Position numbers and translations under genes: made by a program. From the IMG/VR virus record IMGVR_UViG_3300005917_000001: a DNA stretch of 20,000 nt. One strand, given 5' to 3'. Below, one piece after another: positions 6,702 through 15,597 of this stretch. The notes under the pieces were generated by a model, which saw only the letters and a list, made by a program, of their open reading frames with translations, had not been told where the DNA came from and ran no database searches. Source of the stretch: an uncultured virus (IMG/VR IMGVR_UViG_3300005917_000001). Lineage: Duplodnaviria; Heunggongvirae; Uroviricota; Caudoviricetes. Positions within the stretch are counted from its first letter, which is position 1. The number at the start of each line of letters is the position of its first letter.

Positions 6702-6934
6702 ACATCATTTAAGATAAAATCGGCTTTCGCGTACAGCTTCCGAACCCTTAGCAGTTGACGCCTGAACGCTGAAACCGGTTTTTTGTAGCTCCGGTCAATT
6801 TTTTCCTCAAAAGCCAATATTTTTTTATTTAGCTTTCCCATGTCCTGGATTATTTTATGATAATCTCCAAGCCAATCCAAATATTCGTAGGTGCTGGATT
6901 GACCATTTATTTGGATTTTACATCCTCTGCACAT
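6656..6934 (-). CDS. Cassette F: hypothetical helical protein
   Basis: 92 aa; starts 14 nt after an attC (GGGGA RBS); stops inside the next attC. Confidence 0.65.
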   Translation of the reverse strand: MCRGCKIQINGQSSTYEYLDWLGDYHKIIQDMGKLNKKILAFEEKIDRSYKKPVSAFRRQLLRVRKLYAKADFILNDVYNEADSADSTSFHG

Positions 6935-6947
6935 AGTAGTCCCCAGC

Positions 6948-7012
6948 GTATAACGTTGAGTTAAGAGGTGCGGCGGTCCTTTGCCGCAACCTTCTTAAAC
7001 GATTTGTTATCT
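6948..7012 (-). other. attC-like recombination site (65 bp)
   Basis: AGATAAC-AAATCGTTTAAGAAGGTTGCGGCAAAGGACCGCCGCACCTCTTAACTCAAC-GTTATAC; long stem with single-base bulges on the left arm. Confidence 0.88.
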
Positions 7013-7279
7013 TTGTTGTAATCCTAATGCCTCAATTTCATTAATCGTAAGCTTTGGGTAAACTGTAACGTTCCCGCAATTGGTTTTTGTTAAATCCACA
7101 TCGATCATTCTGTTTTGACTTTCGCAAATAGTCAAACCTTTCCATCCAGGGGGGGGTGGGAAACACTTTTCAAGCCTCATCGCCCTGGATCTTCGACTGC
7201 AAAGGCGCCATTCTTCGTAGGAACCGTCAACTTTTATTAGACATTCAATAATTGTAATGCTTTTTGAGGTGTCAAACAT
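7007..7279 (-). CDS. Cassette E: hypothetical protein
   Basis: 90 aa; GAGGA RBS; TAA inside R''. Confidence 0.7.
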   Translation of the reverse strand: MFDTSKSITIIECLIKVDGSYEEWRLCSRRSRAMRLEKCFPPPPGWKGLTICESQNRMIDVDLTKTNCGNVTVYPKLTINEIEALGLQQR

Positions 7280-7292
7280 GAATTTCTTCCTC

Positions 7293-7349
7293 GCATAACG
7301 GTTTAATCAGCGGCCGCGTTTAGCGGTCGGCTGAAGCGGCTGGTTAGCT
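7293..7349 (-). other. attC-like recombination site (57 bp)
   Basis: AGCTAAC-CAGCCGCTTCAGCCGACCGCTAAACGCGGCCGCTGATTAAACC-GTTATGC. Confidence 0.85.
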
Positions 7350-7589
7350 GAACTTTTCGCAATGCTGAGCGGTTAAACACAATAATAGTTGTTCATTGTT
7401 CAGTGTTGAGAGTAGCTTTTTAATATCTCGCAACCGGTAATCTGTTAGCCATTTCTCTCGTTCTTGCCAATTTAGATGCTCTATCGGCATGAGGTATGCT
7501 TCTAATGCTGTGCCTCGTGTTCCCACCTGTATTTCATTAAGGCCAGCCGTAAAACTCTCATAAACAACGTCTTCGATTAACTTTCTCAT
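7344..7589 (-). CDS. Cassette D: hypothetical protein
   Basis: 81 aa; AAGGAG RBS in the leader; TAA inside R''. Confidence 0.7.
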   Translation of the reverse strand: MRKLIEDVVYESFTAGLNEIQVGTRGTALEAYLMPIEHLNWQEREKWLTDYRLRDIKKLLSTLNNEQLLLCLTAQHCEKFS

Positions 7590-7595
7590 GTAACA

Positions 7596-7665
7596 CTCCT
7601 TTTCTAAGATGATAACAAGTGATTATATAGATCCGCATAACTCCACAAAACCGGAGTTATGCGGA
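7596..7665 (-). repeat. Array leader copy 2: half-attC-like hairpin plus RBS
   Basis: 13-bp perfect stem 7632-7644/7653-7665; R' GTTATCA at 7616-7610; direct repeat of 2595-2663. Confidence 0.85.
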
Positions 7666-7669
7666 CAAT

Positions 7670-9181
7670 TTAAACTTCCACCCCCATATCCCGATACACC
7701 CGCACCCGGCCCCGGTAACTCCCCTGCAGGTGAGTCGGTCGATCCCGATAATCAAAAATCTTCGGGGGATCATCCCCGGGTTTTGACCATAACAACTTAC
7801 CGACGGCCTGGCATAGATTCTCGGGATGCCGTAGGGGGGAGGCCACAAACAGGTGGGTGATCCGGTCCACATTCAACAGATTAAAACTCTTGGCGGTGAC
7901 ACAGATAATCTGAGTTTTTCCTTTATTAAACATCTCAAAAACAACCGGCAATTGATCTTTTTTAGTCTTTCCGGATATTAAGATACAGTCGCGGTAATTA
8001 GCTTTAAAGGTTTTTTGCAGGGCCTCTAAGTGAACTAATCGCTCTACCAGGACCACGGTCCGGGCGCCTCCTTTTATCGCGGTCTCGGCCAGCACGTCGG
8101 TGACAATCCGCTCGTTTCGCTCCGGATCCACGGCCAGGGCGCCCACCATTTTTTTGTAATCTTCACTGAAGTTGTAATCAAACCCGGTGTCCTGGCCGTG
8201 GAAAACCGGTCGGATCGCGGTCGATTCCCGGTAAACCCTATCTATGTCGATTTCGGCCAGATGCGGCCCTATATAGGCATGTATAAGGTTAGTTAGACCG
8301 TCATCCCGCTTCCGTCTGATCGCCAGACCCAGCATATATGCCGAGGGGATATACCGGACAAATTTAAAAAAAACATTCAGCCCGACCCGGTCGCACTGAT
8401 CCACTATTAAAAACCCGACCGACTCGGCCACATCGTCGATCATCTTATGAAGTGCGCGGCTGATGGCTATAGTAAAAGGCCTCCCTTGATCCTGCCTACC
8501 ATCTCCGATCAATCCTATATCCGTCCGGGAAAGCCCCAGAAATCGACCGGCCGCTTCCTGCCATTGATACGCCTGCGATTTAGTCTGCACAATCACCATC
8601 ACAGGTACCTGTCGCTTTGCCGCCAAATATAACGCAGCTACTTTTTTCCCCGACCCTATTGAACCACAGATAGTTCCAAATCTTCTACTATTCACAACCG
8701 CAACCACTTCACCCTGATACGGATACAAATCCCCTTTAAACTCAAAGTAAACCGTGCCTGATCGCTTAGTGTAATCATCGTATTCGCCTTTGCGCCTATG
8801 GGCCTGGAGGATACGTATGAGGCGGCTGGCAAACCCCCGGGTTGTAAACAGGTGGCCGTCCCCCTCCCAATAACAGGTCAACTCCCTCGTGATCTCAGGC
8901 GTAAGGGTCCCTGCTCGCTTAGCCCGGATCCAGAGCGGATTTTTAAACGTCAATTCCCGCGCCACTTCATCAATCACACCTTCAGGCAGATCCTCGAGGG
9001 CCACCCGCAGTTCCCGCTCCACCCGAATCTTAACAGACCCCCCGGTTTGGATAACGTCTTGCCCTGTTGTTACACTATCCCCCTCCACTGTTACACCAAC
9101 AGCCTCTTCCGGCAAAACCTCCACCTTCGCCTCATCCTCATCTAAGGCACTGTATTTCTTTAACATTTCATCTAATTCCAT
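7670..9181 (-). CDS. SF2 (DEAD/DEAH-like) helicase homolog with degenerate catalytic motifs
   Basis: LYPYQ Q-motif, GSGKK, LIVDQCD, LGLAIR..RDDG, QAVGKLLW, IFDYRD. Start uncertain (9181 or 9223). Confidence 0.82.
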   Translation of the reverse strand: MELDEMLKKYSALDEDEAKVEVLPEEAVGVTVEGDSVTTGQDVIQTGGSVKIRVERELRVALEDLPEGVIDEVARELTFKNPLWIRAKRAGTLTPEITRELTCYWEGDGHLFTTRGFASRLIRILQAHRRKGEYDDYTKRSGTVYFEFKGDLYPYQGEVVAVVNSRRFGTICGSIGSGKKVAALYLAAKRQVPVMVIVQTKSQAYQWQEAAGRFLGLSRTDIGLIGDGRQDQGRPFTIAISRALHKMIDDVAESVGFLIVDQCDRVGLNVFFKFVRYIPSAYMLGLAIRRKRDDGLTNLIHAYIGPHLAEIDIDRVYRESTAIRPVFHGQDTGFDYNFSEDYKKMVGALAVDPERNERIVTDVLAETAIKGGARTVVLVERLVHLEALQKTFKANYRDCILISGKTKKDQLPVVFEMFNKGKTQIICVTAKSFNLLNVDRITHLFVASPLRHPENLCQAVGKLLWSKPGDDPPKIFDYRDRPTHLQGSYRGRVRVYRDMGVEV

Positions 9182-9201
9182 AATGATAATCCTACTGCTG
9201 C

Positions 9202-9600
9202 TGTCACACCCGTTTTCAGACAATGTGACACTAAAAAACCATTTAACTCATTAATATTCTTATATTTCTATCGTTTTCCATGCCCCACTGTCACGTCACA
9301 TTCGCTTTTTACAAGATACTTATACTTAGCTATAATTTTATTTACATTTTTTCTTTTTCCCCAAAATTCCATTTTTTAAAAAAAAATTTCATATAGTATC
9401 TCTTCCCCTAATATGGTGGTACAGTGTGACACCGTACCCTATATATATAATATAACTTATTATTATTATTATTATTATTATTAAGGGGAGGTGGTACAAC
9501 TGTGTCACAAACCCCGTCACAAACCGTCACACTGTCACACTTTCCCGTAGCCCTATTTCCAAGATCCCGATCTATTAAAGCTATAATATTTAAAATCGAT
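9202..9600. other. Candidate replication origin: AT-rich region with GTCAC(A) iterons and (TTA)9
   Basis: About 9 GTCAC/GTGAC copies in both orientations (9203, 9225, 9290, 9295, 9426, four in 9504-9539); (TTA)9 at 9457-9483; downstream of the primase gene. Confidence 0.55.
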
Positions 9601-10295
9601 ATCAACACCTTATGGGGAAAAGTAGACTTAAACCTTTCAAAAATCCCACGGCCTCCATAATAGTACCGGGGGCTGGGACTCCGATCCCCCGGTTTCGCGT
9701 TTTCCGTTTTTTCCCCACCCACACGCACGCACTCGCGATCAACACACAACACACAACGCCGACCCAGATCCGCCACCCCCAGGCCCCGCAGCAGCCCGCA
9801 AAAACCCGCTATCTTTTCGCCGCCTGACGGTAAAACAATATCAGTCAAAATCCAATCAAAAACAAAAAAGCACATAGAAAGCCTATAACTATCTGATTCA
9901 CTTAAACAATGTCCTATATCCCAATCCCCCAACTTTTCCGAATTAGTTGGGGAGTTATCAACTGGGAGCAGGCCCCACTCCACGCCCTCCAGGAGCCCTT
10001 AGTGTGGCCAACCTGCCGACCATCGAACCCGGAAGACCCACCATCGTCACCCCCGTTTATCACCCTAAATCACCCCAAAAACCGGAAAACGCCTCAAAAA
10101 AACCCGATCGCCCCCACCCGTTCCATCTTTTTAACCCACTTCCCCTTCACCAACACCCTACACGCCTCACTTGTTAAATATGCCGTAGATAACCCCAGAC
10201 CTATTTCTTTTTAATTGGTGGCTATTTTTTGTGATCTCTCCCTGATGTTTTCAAAACCCTTTTCAATAAAGAGGGCTACGGGAAAACAAAAAAAA

Positions 10296-13160
10296 TTACA
10301 ACCCAATTATGCCCCATGGGACCAACACCCCCCGGAGAGGTGAGCCGCCCAGTCGCAACTGTTTAGCCTTGGCCCCGGCAATCCTCAATAGCATATCTCT
10401 AATGTTGAGCCCTTGCCATTGGGTCCGCGCCAACAACGCCTTTACGACTGTATCAGGGTGTAGGAATAGGCCTTTGTCGCCGTCTTTAACGGCCTTCACA
10501 CCGTTTGCTTCCAGGACTTTCTTCGACTCCTCGGTCATCTGCTCCTTACTTACGAGCTGGGACACAGTCCGAGTTACGTAGAGCGTTTTGGATGATTCGT
10601 AGCCATCTGACCTCAACTCACCGTCCACCTCCTCCGGTAACCGCACCTGGGCCATCATAATATCCTCTACCAACTTCGCCTCATCCTCCAGCGTCCCACC
10701 TTCGAACCGCTCCCGCCATTCCGTTAAGTAGTCAGCCAACAGCCTCGTTATTTGCTCCCCTGGTTGATCAAACGATACTGCAGCCATGCTGAACGCGACA
10801 GATAAGGACTCCACAAACCTTGGATCATTATCCCCGATCTTACCTATATTAGCCACCAGCCCCCTTGCCTGAAACGAGGCCCAGAGGACATATACAACAA
10901 TCCTGATCCGGATCTTTTCAGCCTCCGAACTACTCGGAAACTTCGGTTGACAAGTAGATAATTTTTTCGTTTCGATGGCCAGGTATCTACTGTTTTCCGC
11001 AGCGCGATACAATCCACGTTCAACACTGCCCAAAAACACCATATGTTTCAATGTGGCCGCCACTGCTTTCTGCCCGGAAGACCCCTTTCGGGTAATGCCC
11101 CCACGGCCGGCAGATCTTATGAAGTAGATAATTTTATCTCTATGTTCGCTTTTCTCTATTTCGTCGATTGCCACCAGGACCGAGTCACATCCGATACTCT
11201 GTCGCAGGCCCGGCTCAGTCAATGTCTGCCCCTCACACGGCAGAGCCAGCCGTCCGCCCAATATAGTCATGAGTTCTTTCATGATTGATTTCCCGCTGCC
11301 TGACGTGCCGGTCAACCACAGGTGCGGCCGCCACGCCCATATAGACTGCACCCATTGGGCCAGATACCAGCCCACCAGCAGCCACACATCCAGCTTACCC
11401 GAGAGTCCCCACTGGAAAAATATATTCAATAGTTCTTCCAGGATACTGTTCGCCGCGGCCCTGTCCATTTTTTTTAATAACTTTAGCACCTCCGGCATAC
11501 TTACCCAATCATACCCTTGGCGCCAGTCTATCAGGCGCCCTTCGATCACAGGGTGTTCCCACTCCACCAGGTCTTTACCATCCCATAGCCATGCTTTACC
11601 GCCCACAACCAGCAAGATCCGATCGCCCAGGTTATGTAATCCCTGGCCTAAATATTCCGGATCCCATAACTGCCGCTTCCCGGCCTGCACGATAAGTCTT
11701 TTCTTGACGCCGGAAAACAACACCTGGCCGCCACTCATTGTCTGGGATGATCGCGCCACCTTAGCCGCTACCTCAATCCCCCCGATTTGCGTCAGTTTAT
11801 CTAAATTCAGATCTTTCAACGCCACCGCATACAACCGCTCATTAACCCGCGACCAGAACAGCAGCCGTTCGTCTTTCAGCTCGCCCAGGACCTCGAAACT
11901 CTTAAATTGATACGCCTCGGGCGGTGTGCGTGACATAGGCACCGAGCCCGCCTTTGTACCCCTATTTGGATCAGGTTCAGGAATCGGTTTAGTGATCTTT
12001 TCCGCCTCATCCTTCAACCGCGCCAGTTCCGCCTTCGGATCCTTAGCCGCCCGCAATATATCGTCAATGTCCACCTTAGTGCCGGGCTGATCAGGCTCGA
12101 TCCGGATTACCCGCACATCACCGCCCCCGGCCAATAACGTATTTGCGTACTGCCGCGTATATCGCGCCCCGGCACCCTCAGCCGACTTAGGTGGCGCAGG
12201 GTCATTATCGAATGCCAGGTACCATATCCGGCCTTTGGCAATAGCCTTCAGCCGCTCCAGGATCGCAGGCTCGTTGTATGACGCAATTGTGGCTATGGCG
12301 TGTTCATATCGTCCCAGGTCCATCACCGTGATCCGGTCGTTTTCTCCTTCCGTTATAATCACCGGCTCGTCCTGCTCTAATGCGTCCTGGCCATAACAGA
12401 GCCATCCCTCCGGGGCGCACTCCTTTTTTAACTGCCACTTTTTTTTCTTTTCAGGATCCTTTAACGAAAAAAACAGGATGTTGTCACCGCTGAAATGGGG
12501 ATATACTGTAATTCCCGCATTCACCACAGACCTGAACCCTGTGTTTTTTTGCTCTCTCACCAGGCCGACAGCTATCAATTCCGCGACGGTCACATCCTGC
12601 CCCCTGCAATGTCCAATCAGGCCGCCGCCGCCCAGGCCTATCTTAAAGCGCTCCACGATCTCCCTGCTATGCTGCCGCACGTCCGTCTGGTACGCCAGCG
12701 CCGTCCTCGACGCCATTATTCGACCGTGGTAGTACTCCGCCGCGATCCGCCGGACCTCCAGTGCCCGGTCCGGATCTATCTCCGGCTTTGTCCCCGCATC
12801 AGGCGGCTCAACCTCCCCCTTTTCTTTCTCTTTCGGCCGCTTAGCCGTGCCGCCGCCGGTCTCATTATCGAGGACGGGGATCCCCCGCTTGCCTGCTATG
12901 GATTTCGCCGCCTCCAGCGGGCGCTCCATGTTGCGGTATTGCTGCTCAAACTCAATCACATCTCCCTTGGCCGAGCAGCTGAAGCATTTAAAAAACTGAT
13001 CCTTTTCGTTAATCGTAAAGCAGTCGCTGTGACCGCAAAAAGGACAGGGGCTGACTCTATACGACCCGCTTCCGGCCCGCTTCGCGTCAACCCCTGTCTC
13101 TGAACTAATATATGTTACGATGTTCACCAGGTCTTTTACCCGGTCGAATAATCCAGCCAT
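10296..13160 (-). CDS. DNA primase with CHC2-type Zn finger and TOPRIM, fused to a P-loop ATPase/helicase domain
   Basis: 954 aa; CPFCGH...FKCFSC..KGDVIEF; IITEGENDRI and LAFDND; Walker A GTSGSGKS, Walker B VAIDEIE. Confidence 0.9.
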   Translation of the reverse strand: MAGLFDRVKDLVNIVTYISSETGVDAKRAGSGSYRVSPCPFCGHSDCFTINEKDQFFKCFSCSAKGDVIEFEQQYRNMERPLEAAKSIAGKRGIPVLDNETGGGTAKRPKEKEKGEVEPPDAGTKPEIDPDRALEVRRIAAEYYHGRIMASRTALAYQTDVRQHSREIVERFKIGLGGGGLIGHCRGQDVTVAELIAVGLVREQKNTGFRSVVNAGITVYPHFSGDNILFFSLKDPEKKKKWQLKKECAPEGWLCYGQDALEQDEPVIITEGENDRITVMDLGRYEHAIATIASYNEPAILERLKAIAKGRIWYLAFDNDPAPPKSAEGAGARYTRQYANTLLAGGGDVRVIRIEPDQPGTKVDIDDILRAAKDPKAELARLKDEAEKITKPIPEPDPNRGTKAGSVPMSRTPPEAYQFKSFEVLGELKDERLLFWSRVNERLYAVALKDLNLDKLTQIGGIEVAAKVARSSQTMSGGQVLFSGVKKRLIVQAGKRQLWDPEYLGQGLHNLGDRILLVVGGKAWLWDGKDLVEWEHPVIEGRLIDWRQGYDWVSMPEVLKLLKKMDRAAANSILEELLNIFFQWGLSGKLDVWLLVGWYLAQWVQSIWAWRPHLWLTGTSGSGKSIMKELMTILGGRLALPCEGQTLTEPGLRQSIGCDSVLVAIDEIEKSEHRDKIIYFIRSAGRGGITRKGSSGQKAVAATLKHMVFLGSVERGLYRAAENSRYLAIETKKLSTCQPKFPSSSEAEKIRIRIVVYVLWASFQARGLVANIGKIGDNDPRFVESLSVAFSMAAVSFDQPGEQITRLLADYLTEWRERFEGGTLEDEAKLVEDIMMAQVRLPEEVDGELRSDGYESSKTLYVTRTVSQLVSKEQMTEESKKVLEANGVKAVKDGDKGLFLHPDTVVKALLARTQWQGLNIRDMLLRIAGAKAKQLRLGGSPLRGVLVPWGIIGL

Positions 13161-13181
13161 CTCGCCCCGCCTCAGTATCCG

Positions 13182-13775
13182 CTATATTTCGTTTTCATAT
13201 ACATTCTTGATCTCTTCCGGCTGGATACACAGATACTCCAATGTCTGCGCTTGCGATGAATGATTAAAGCAGACCATGAGCCTGGGCAGGTCCACGCCAA
13301 ACGTAACCCTCTGATGATACCCCCAGGTCTTCCGCAGTGTATGGCTCCCATAATTACCCTTCAGGTTAATCTCTCTGCACCAGGCCTTAACCATGTTATT
13401 CACGGTACTCACAGTCAAAGGCCCCCGCTGCCCGACAAACAGGTGGCCCTCGTCCTCGCCCGCATGCCCCTCCAGAAGACCGTTGATCGCCATCACGGCC
13501 GCACCGTTAAGATTAAACCGTCTCTTTTTACGGGTCTTCTTTTCTTTGATCTCAATTTCGTCATTGGGAGACAAGTGTCGCACTTGCCCCACTCGCAGGC
13601 TCAGTATATCCGATGCCCGCAGGTTGGTATTGACGCCCACTGTAAAGATCGCCAGGTCTCGCGGTCGATCTGCCAACATTTTTTTAATCAGACGCACATC
13701 TTTTAAATTTTTAATCGGATCCACCTTAATCGAATCACCTTTTTTCGGGTGATTACCATTGCCACCTTTTGCCAT
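13182..13775 (-). CDS. Short tyrosine recombinase (catalytic domain only)
   Basis: Likely start ATG 13775, 197 aa; complete R(LRASD)-K(EKKT)-HxxR(HTLR)-H(NHS)-Y(TLEY) catalytic set. Confidence 0.92.
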   Translation of the reverse strand: MAKGGNGNHPKKGDSIKVDPIKNLKDVRLIKKMLADRPRDLAIFTVGVNTNLRASDILSLRVGQVRHLSPNDEIEIKEKKTRKKRRFNLNGAAVMAINGLLEGHAGEDEGHLFVGQRGPLTVSTVNNMVKAWCREINLKGNYGSHTLRKTWGYHQRVTFGVDLPRLMVCFNHSSQAQTLEYLCIQPEEIKNVYENEI

Positions 13776-13927
13776 GTTCCGCCACCCCCTTTTCTTCTCT
13801 ATTTTACCGATTTCACATAATGAGCACATCTTTTCCGGTTTCTTTTTTTACAATTCGGACACGCCCCGACCGGTACCCATTGCCCCCTGGCCTCACAAAA
13901 CACATATCCGCTCATCCCCACCCCTCC

Positions 13928-14419
13928 TTATCTTCCGTTCACCTCCGTTACGGGGATTGAATAGATCCGGATCCAGTCCCGAAACACATCATCCACCTGC
14001 GTCTGGAACGCCGGGTCCACATCCCGCTTGCCATCCTCTACCAGCCGCCCCTCCACCGGCCGCATCCAATACACGATATCATACCCCTCCATCCACCCCA
14101 AGGCCGCCGGCAGATAATCGTCAACCACTTCCTCTAACCCCGCCACATCGGCATACACCAGAGAATCCAGCACCGTCCGGTCACAAATGATATTATCCCC
14201 GGTAGCCGACGCCAGTAATTCCATCAGCATCTGTTTCAGCCAGATCCACCTCTGCGCCTCCTCGCTCGTATCCCGGTTAATGGGCCACGGACACTCCCGC
14301 GCAATACCGCTGATCAGCATCATACTGCCATCTCTACATTCATCCTTCGTCCGTTTAGCCATCTCCCTCGCAAACGTGCTCTTACCCGTCCCGTGCGTCC
14401 CCATAATGCCAAATTTCAT
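13928..14419 (-). CDS. P-loop nucleotide-kinase-like protein (AAA_28/NadR-Ttd14-like)
   Basis: GTHGTGKST, ICDRTVLDSLVYA, YDIVYW, EDGKRD. Confidence 0.82.
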   Translation of the reverse strand: MKFGIMGTHGTGKSTFAREMAKRTKDECRDGSMMLISGIARECPWPINRDTSEEAQRWIWLKQMLMELLASATGDNIICDRTVLDSLVYADVAGLEEVVDDYLPAALGWMEGYDIVYWMRPVEGRLVEDGKRDVDPAFQTQVDDVFRDWIRIYSIPVTEVNGR

Positions 14420-14435
14420 ATCTACTTATCTCCCT

Positions 14436-14906
14436 CTATATTGTTATGTGTACTTGGTCGTCTTCAATCACACATCGAGCGTATTGAAACTTCTTGATTG
14501 ACATAGGGTGGCCATGGGGGCTTATTAATGCTATCCCTGAAATCTCAACCTGAGAATCCCGGGAGAATTCATACGCGGGCAGGTCTTGAAATAGCTCATC
14601 ATATTTCATAAAGGTAATTCGTTCCCGTTCTTGCGTTTTCGATATCTCTTTTTCTTCTCGGATGATTTTTATGGCCGTTTTTTTTAGCACAAAAGGCCAC
14701 GCCCACCTACAAAACCTGGATAATGCGTCGCGATGAATGACTATGACAATAAATATAATTATCGTTGAACCCATACCCCAAACGCATAAAACTTCCGGAA
14801 AATTAAACATGCGTGCTATGACCGAGGTCAGCATAAAGACCAGCGCTAATGTCAAAATCCTCATTGCCCTATGCAACCTCTTCAGCGCTTTCATTAAGTC
14901 GTCCAC
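14436..14906 (-). CDS. Two-TM membrane protein
   Basis: Two hydrophobic segments; start probably GTG 14906 or ATG 14894 rather than 14978. Confidence 0.6.
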   Translation of the reverse strand: MDDLMKALKRLHRAMRILTLALVFMLTSVIARMFNFPEVLCVWGMGSTIIIFIVIVIHRDALSRFCRWAWPFVLKKTAIKIIREEKEISKTQERERITFMKYDELFQDLPAYEFSRDSQVEISGIALISPHGHPMSIKKFQYARCVIEDDQVHITI

Positions 14907-15090
14907 ATCCACCCCTCCGTATCTTCCGGGCCAGCCATTCCGGGACCACCACGGCGCCCGGCAGATAGCCCAGTTCATCCTTTGGCAGCCACGCCAGCTT
15001 CTTGCCGCCCCGCAGTATCACATGGATCCCTTTATCCGTGATCTCCTCGATCCCGTCGATCTCCACCATAATACTGGGTCGCCGGTCCAT
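14869..15090 (-). CDS. Small hypothetical phage protein
   Basis: 73 aa; EITDKGI...WLPK...VVVPEWLARK pattern. Confidence 0.7.
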   Translation of the reverse strand: MDRRPSIMVEIDGIEEITDKGIHVILRGGKKLAWLPKDELGYLPGAVVVPEWLARKIRRGGCGRLNESAEEVA

Positions 15091-15102
15091 CTCATCTCCG
15101 CC

Positions 15103-15270
15103 CTACTCATCAAAATTGAGCTCCACCAACCCCGCCTCCGCCAGATCCTCATTCTCCGCCCCGCACACAACATCCTCTACATCCCTTACCTGCCGGTCAT
15201 GCCCATGGTAATAAAAATCTTCCGGGTCCCCGTCCATATAGCCGCCGCATTCGTGGACCACGTACCCCAT
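15103..15270 (-). CDS. Small acidic protein (55 aa, not in ORF track)
   Basis: MGYVVHECGGYMDGDPEDFYYHGHDRQVRDVEDVVCGAENEDLAEAGLVELNFDE; AGGAG RBS; fills the gap between neighbours. Confidence 0.6.
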   Translation of the reverse strand: MGYVVHECGGYMDGDPEDFYYHGHDRQVRDVEDVVCGAENEDLAEAGLVELNFDE

Positions 15271-15282
15271 TACCCTATCTCC

Positions 15283-15597
15283 TTACGAGTAAATTTTCCC
15301 TGTGGTAGGATGCACCAAAACCACATCTTTATCATCCTCAGCCCGATACCTAACCGTCCGCCGCCGCCGCTTGACCACCTTCGGAGGATCGAACGGCACT
15401 TCGAGCAGTCCCTCCAACCACCGGTCCAGCACCCTCACATTATACAGCCGCAGCCGCCTGTTCCCACCATGGGGTAGATCCGAGGACCGATCTTCGAAAC
15501 TGGTTCGGCTGATCCCGCAGTATGCCGCGGCCTCCGCGATCCGCAACCACGGAGATTTGATGATTTTTGCACCCTCATCGAAAACAACCTCACGCAT
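15283..15597 (-). CDS. Excisionase/AlpA-like HTH DNA-binding protein
   Basis: Likely start ATG 15597; SPWLRIAEAAAYCGISRTSF...RLYNVRVLDRWL. Confidence 0.75.
   Translation of the reverse strand: MREVVFDEGAKIIKSPWLRIAEAAAYCGISRTSFEDRSSDLPHGGNRRLRLYNVRVLDRWLEGLLEVPFDPPKVVKRRRRTVRYRAEDDKDVVLVHPTTGKIYS

Noticed and set aside
1861..7349. CRISPR array interpretation of the spaced palindromes
   Set aside because: Repeats are not identical, the intervals are whole ORFs of hundreds of bp, and no cas genes are visible.
2595..7665. Diversity-generating retroelement or retron explanation of the direct repeat
   Set aside because: No reverse transcriptase in the window, the repeats are intergenic, and differences are not adenine-specific.
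9408..9983. 191-aa minus-strand ORF
   Set aside because: Runs through iterons and the (TTA)9 tract (poly-Asn); composition is not protein-like.
13182..13829. Calling the recombinase IntI or the prophage integrase
   Set aside because: Too short, no N-terminal domains or IntI insertion, more than 5 kb from the arrays, no attI seen.
14436..14450. ACATAAC near the end of the membrane-protein gene as another attC
   Set aside because: No palindromic arms or downstream GTT box; the next gene starts within about 25 nt.
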